From positions 1-42,117 of the forward strand of contig CAJQRP010000004.1 of assembly GCA_905612365.1 (NCBI GenBank): 42,117 nucleotides of DNA. The letters run 5' to 3'. A program made the position numbers and the translations under genes. Below are positions 41,339 to 42,117 of the stretch, piece after piece (position 1 is the first letter of the stretch; the number at the start of each line of letters is the position of its first letter). This DNA is from an uncultured Candidatus Pelagibacter sp. (GTDB lineage Bacteria; Pseudomonadota; Alphaproteobacteria; Pelagibacterales; Pelagibacteraceae). The notes under the pieces are model-generated. The model was not told the DNA's origin and did no database searches. It saw nothing but the letters and a program-made list of their open reading frames with translations.

Positions 41339-42046
41339 ATGCAAACACAAACAATAGCTCTTATTGATGACGATAGAAATATACTCACAAGTATAAGTAT
41401 AGCTCTTGAAAAAGAGGGCTTTAAAGTTCAAACGTACATTGATGGAGAAAGTGCTTTAATTGGGTTAACTAGAAATCCACCAGATCTTGCTGTTATAGAT
41501 ATAAAGATGCCAAAAATGGATGGCGAAGAACTTTTAAAAAAGTTAAGAAAAAAAACTTCCTTACCTGTAATTTTTTTAACTTCAAAAGATGATGAGATAG
41601 ACGAACTGTTAGGCTTAAAGTTGGGTGCAGATGATTTTATAAAAAAGTCAGGAGGTTTTTCTATTAAAGTTTTGATAGAAAGAATAAGGGTTCAACTTAG
41701 AAAAAAGGATATTAACAATAATCTTGAAGACACAAAAAATATTATTTCACATGGGAAGCTAAAACTTGACCCCTCACAACTTGAATGTGAATGGGATAGC
41801 CAGCAATTACCAGATAAACTTACCACTACAGAATTTTTAATAGTTAAAGAATTAGCAAAGAGACCAGGAATAATAAAAGAAAGAGCTCAGCTTATGGATA
41901 TTGCTTATCGAGAAGATACGGATATTGAAGATAGAACTATTGATAGTCACGTTAAAAGAATTAGAAAAAAATTTAAAAAAGTTGACCCTGATTTTACAGC
42001 TATAGAAACAAGATATGGTAGTGGATACAGATGGAACGTTGGCTAA
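41339..42046 (+). CDS. chvI: OmpR-family response regulator ChvI
   Basis: [50 protein letters not shown]. Confidence 0.92.
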   Translation: MQTQTIALIDDDRNILTSISIALEKEGFKVQTYIDGESALIGLTRNPPDLAVIDIKMPKMDGEELLKKLRKKTSLPVIFLTSKDDEIDELLGLKLGADDFIKKSGGFSIKVLIERIRVQLRKKDINNNLEDTKNIISHGKLKLDPSQLECEWDSQQLPDKLTTTEFLIVKELAKRPGIIKERAQLMDIAYREDTDIEDRTIDSHVKRIRKKFKKVDPDFTAIETRYGSGYRWNVG

Positions 42047-42117
42047 TGTTCAGTAATTTTCTAAAAAGTTTATCTATATTAAAAAAATTTTTATTTATTA
42101 ATTTAGTTATTTTTTTA
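42046..42117 (+). CDS. chvG: N-terminus of the probable sensor kinase ChvG, truncated by the window edge
   Basis: TAATG overlap with chvI; [24 protein letters not shown] enters a TM helix. Identity rests on synteny only. Confidence 0.6.
   Translation, partial: MFSNFLKSLSILKKFLFINLVIFL

Overview
Very AT-rich, tightly packed alphaproteobacterial chromosome segment. Gene content, tiny or overlapping intergenic spacers and Lys/Asn/Ile-rich proteins point to Pelagibacterales (SAR11); this taxonomy is an inference. Almost all of it is core housekeeping: sucD(partial)-sucA-sucB-lpdA, priA, atpHAGDC, the minus-strand run metX-metW-gloB-rplU-rpmA-obgE-proB-proA-nadD-rsfS-ctpA-rppH, hisC-tyrA, trkH-ampG-NlpC/P60, class I lysS-pyrD, rpmB-yhhQ, a decarboxylase/deoxyhypusine-synthase-like/agmatinase polyamine cluster, regA, bioY, an ABC ATPase, polA, chvI and the start of chvG. 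The one accessory region is a 1.4-kb integrase-less mini-island between lpdA and priA. It is bounded by an exact 15-bp duplication of the lpdA 3' end, and the left copy has tyrosine-integrase core geometry (5-bp inverted repeat around a 7-bp spacer). Inside are three arm-site-like 10-mers and two matching promoter modules, each heading a two-gene cassette of small unknown proteins; three of the four genes are below the ORF-track cutoff. Also notable: a SAM-II riboswitch ahead of metX with an atypical expression platform, and an apparent frameshift in an A9 run of the NlpC/P60 gene. No rRNA, tRNA or CRISPR array was recognised.
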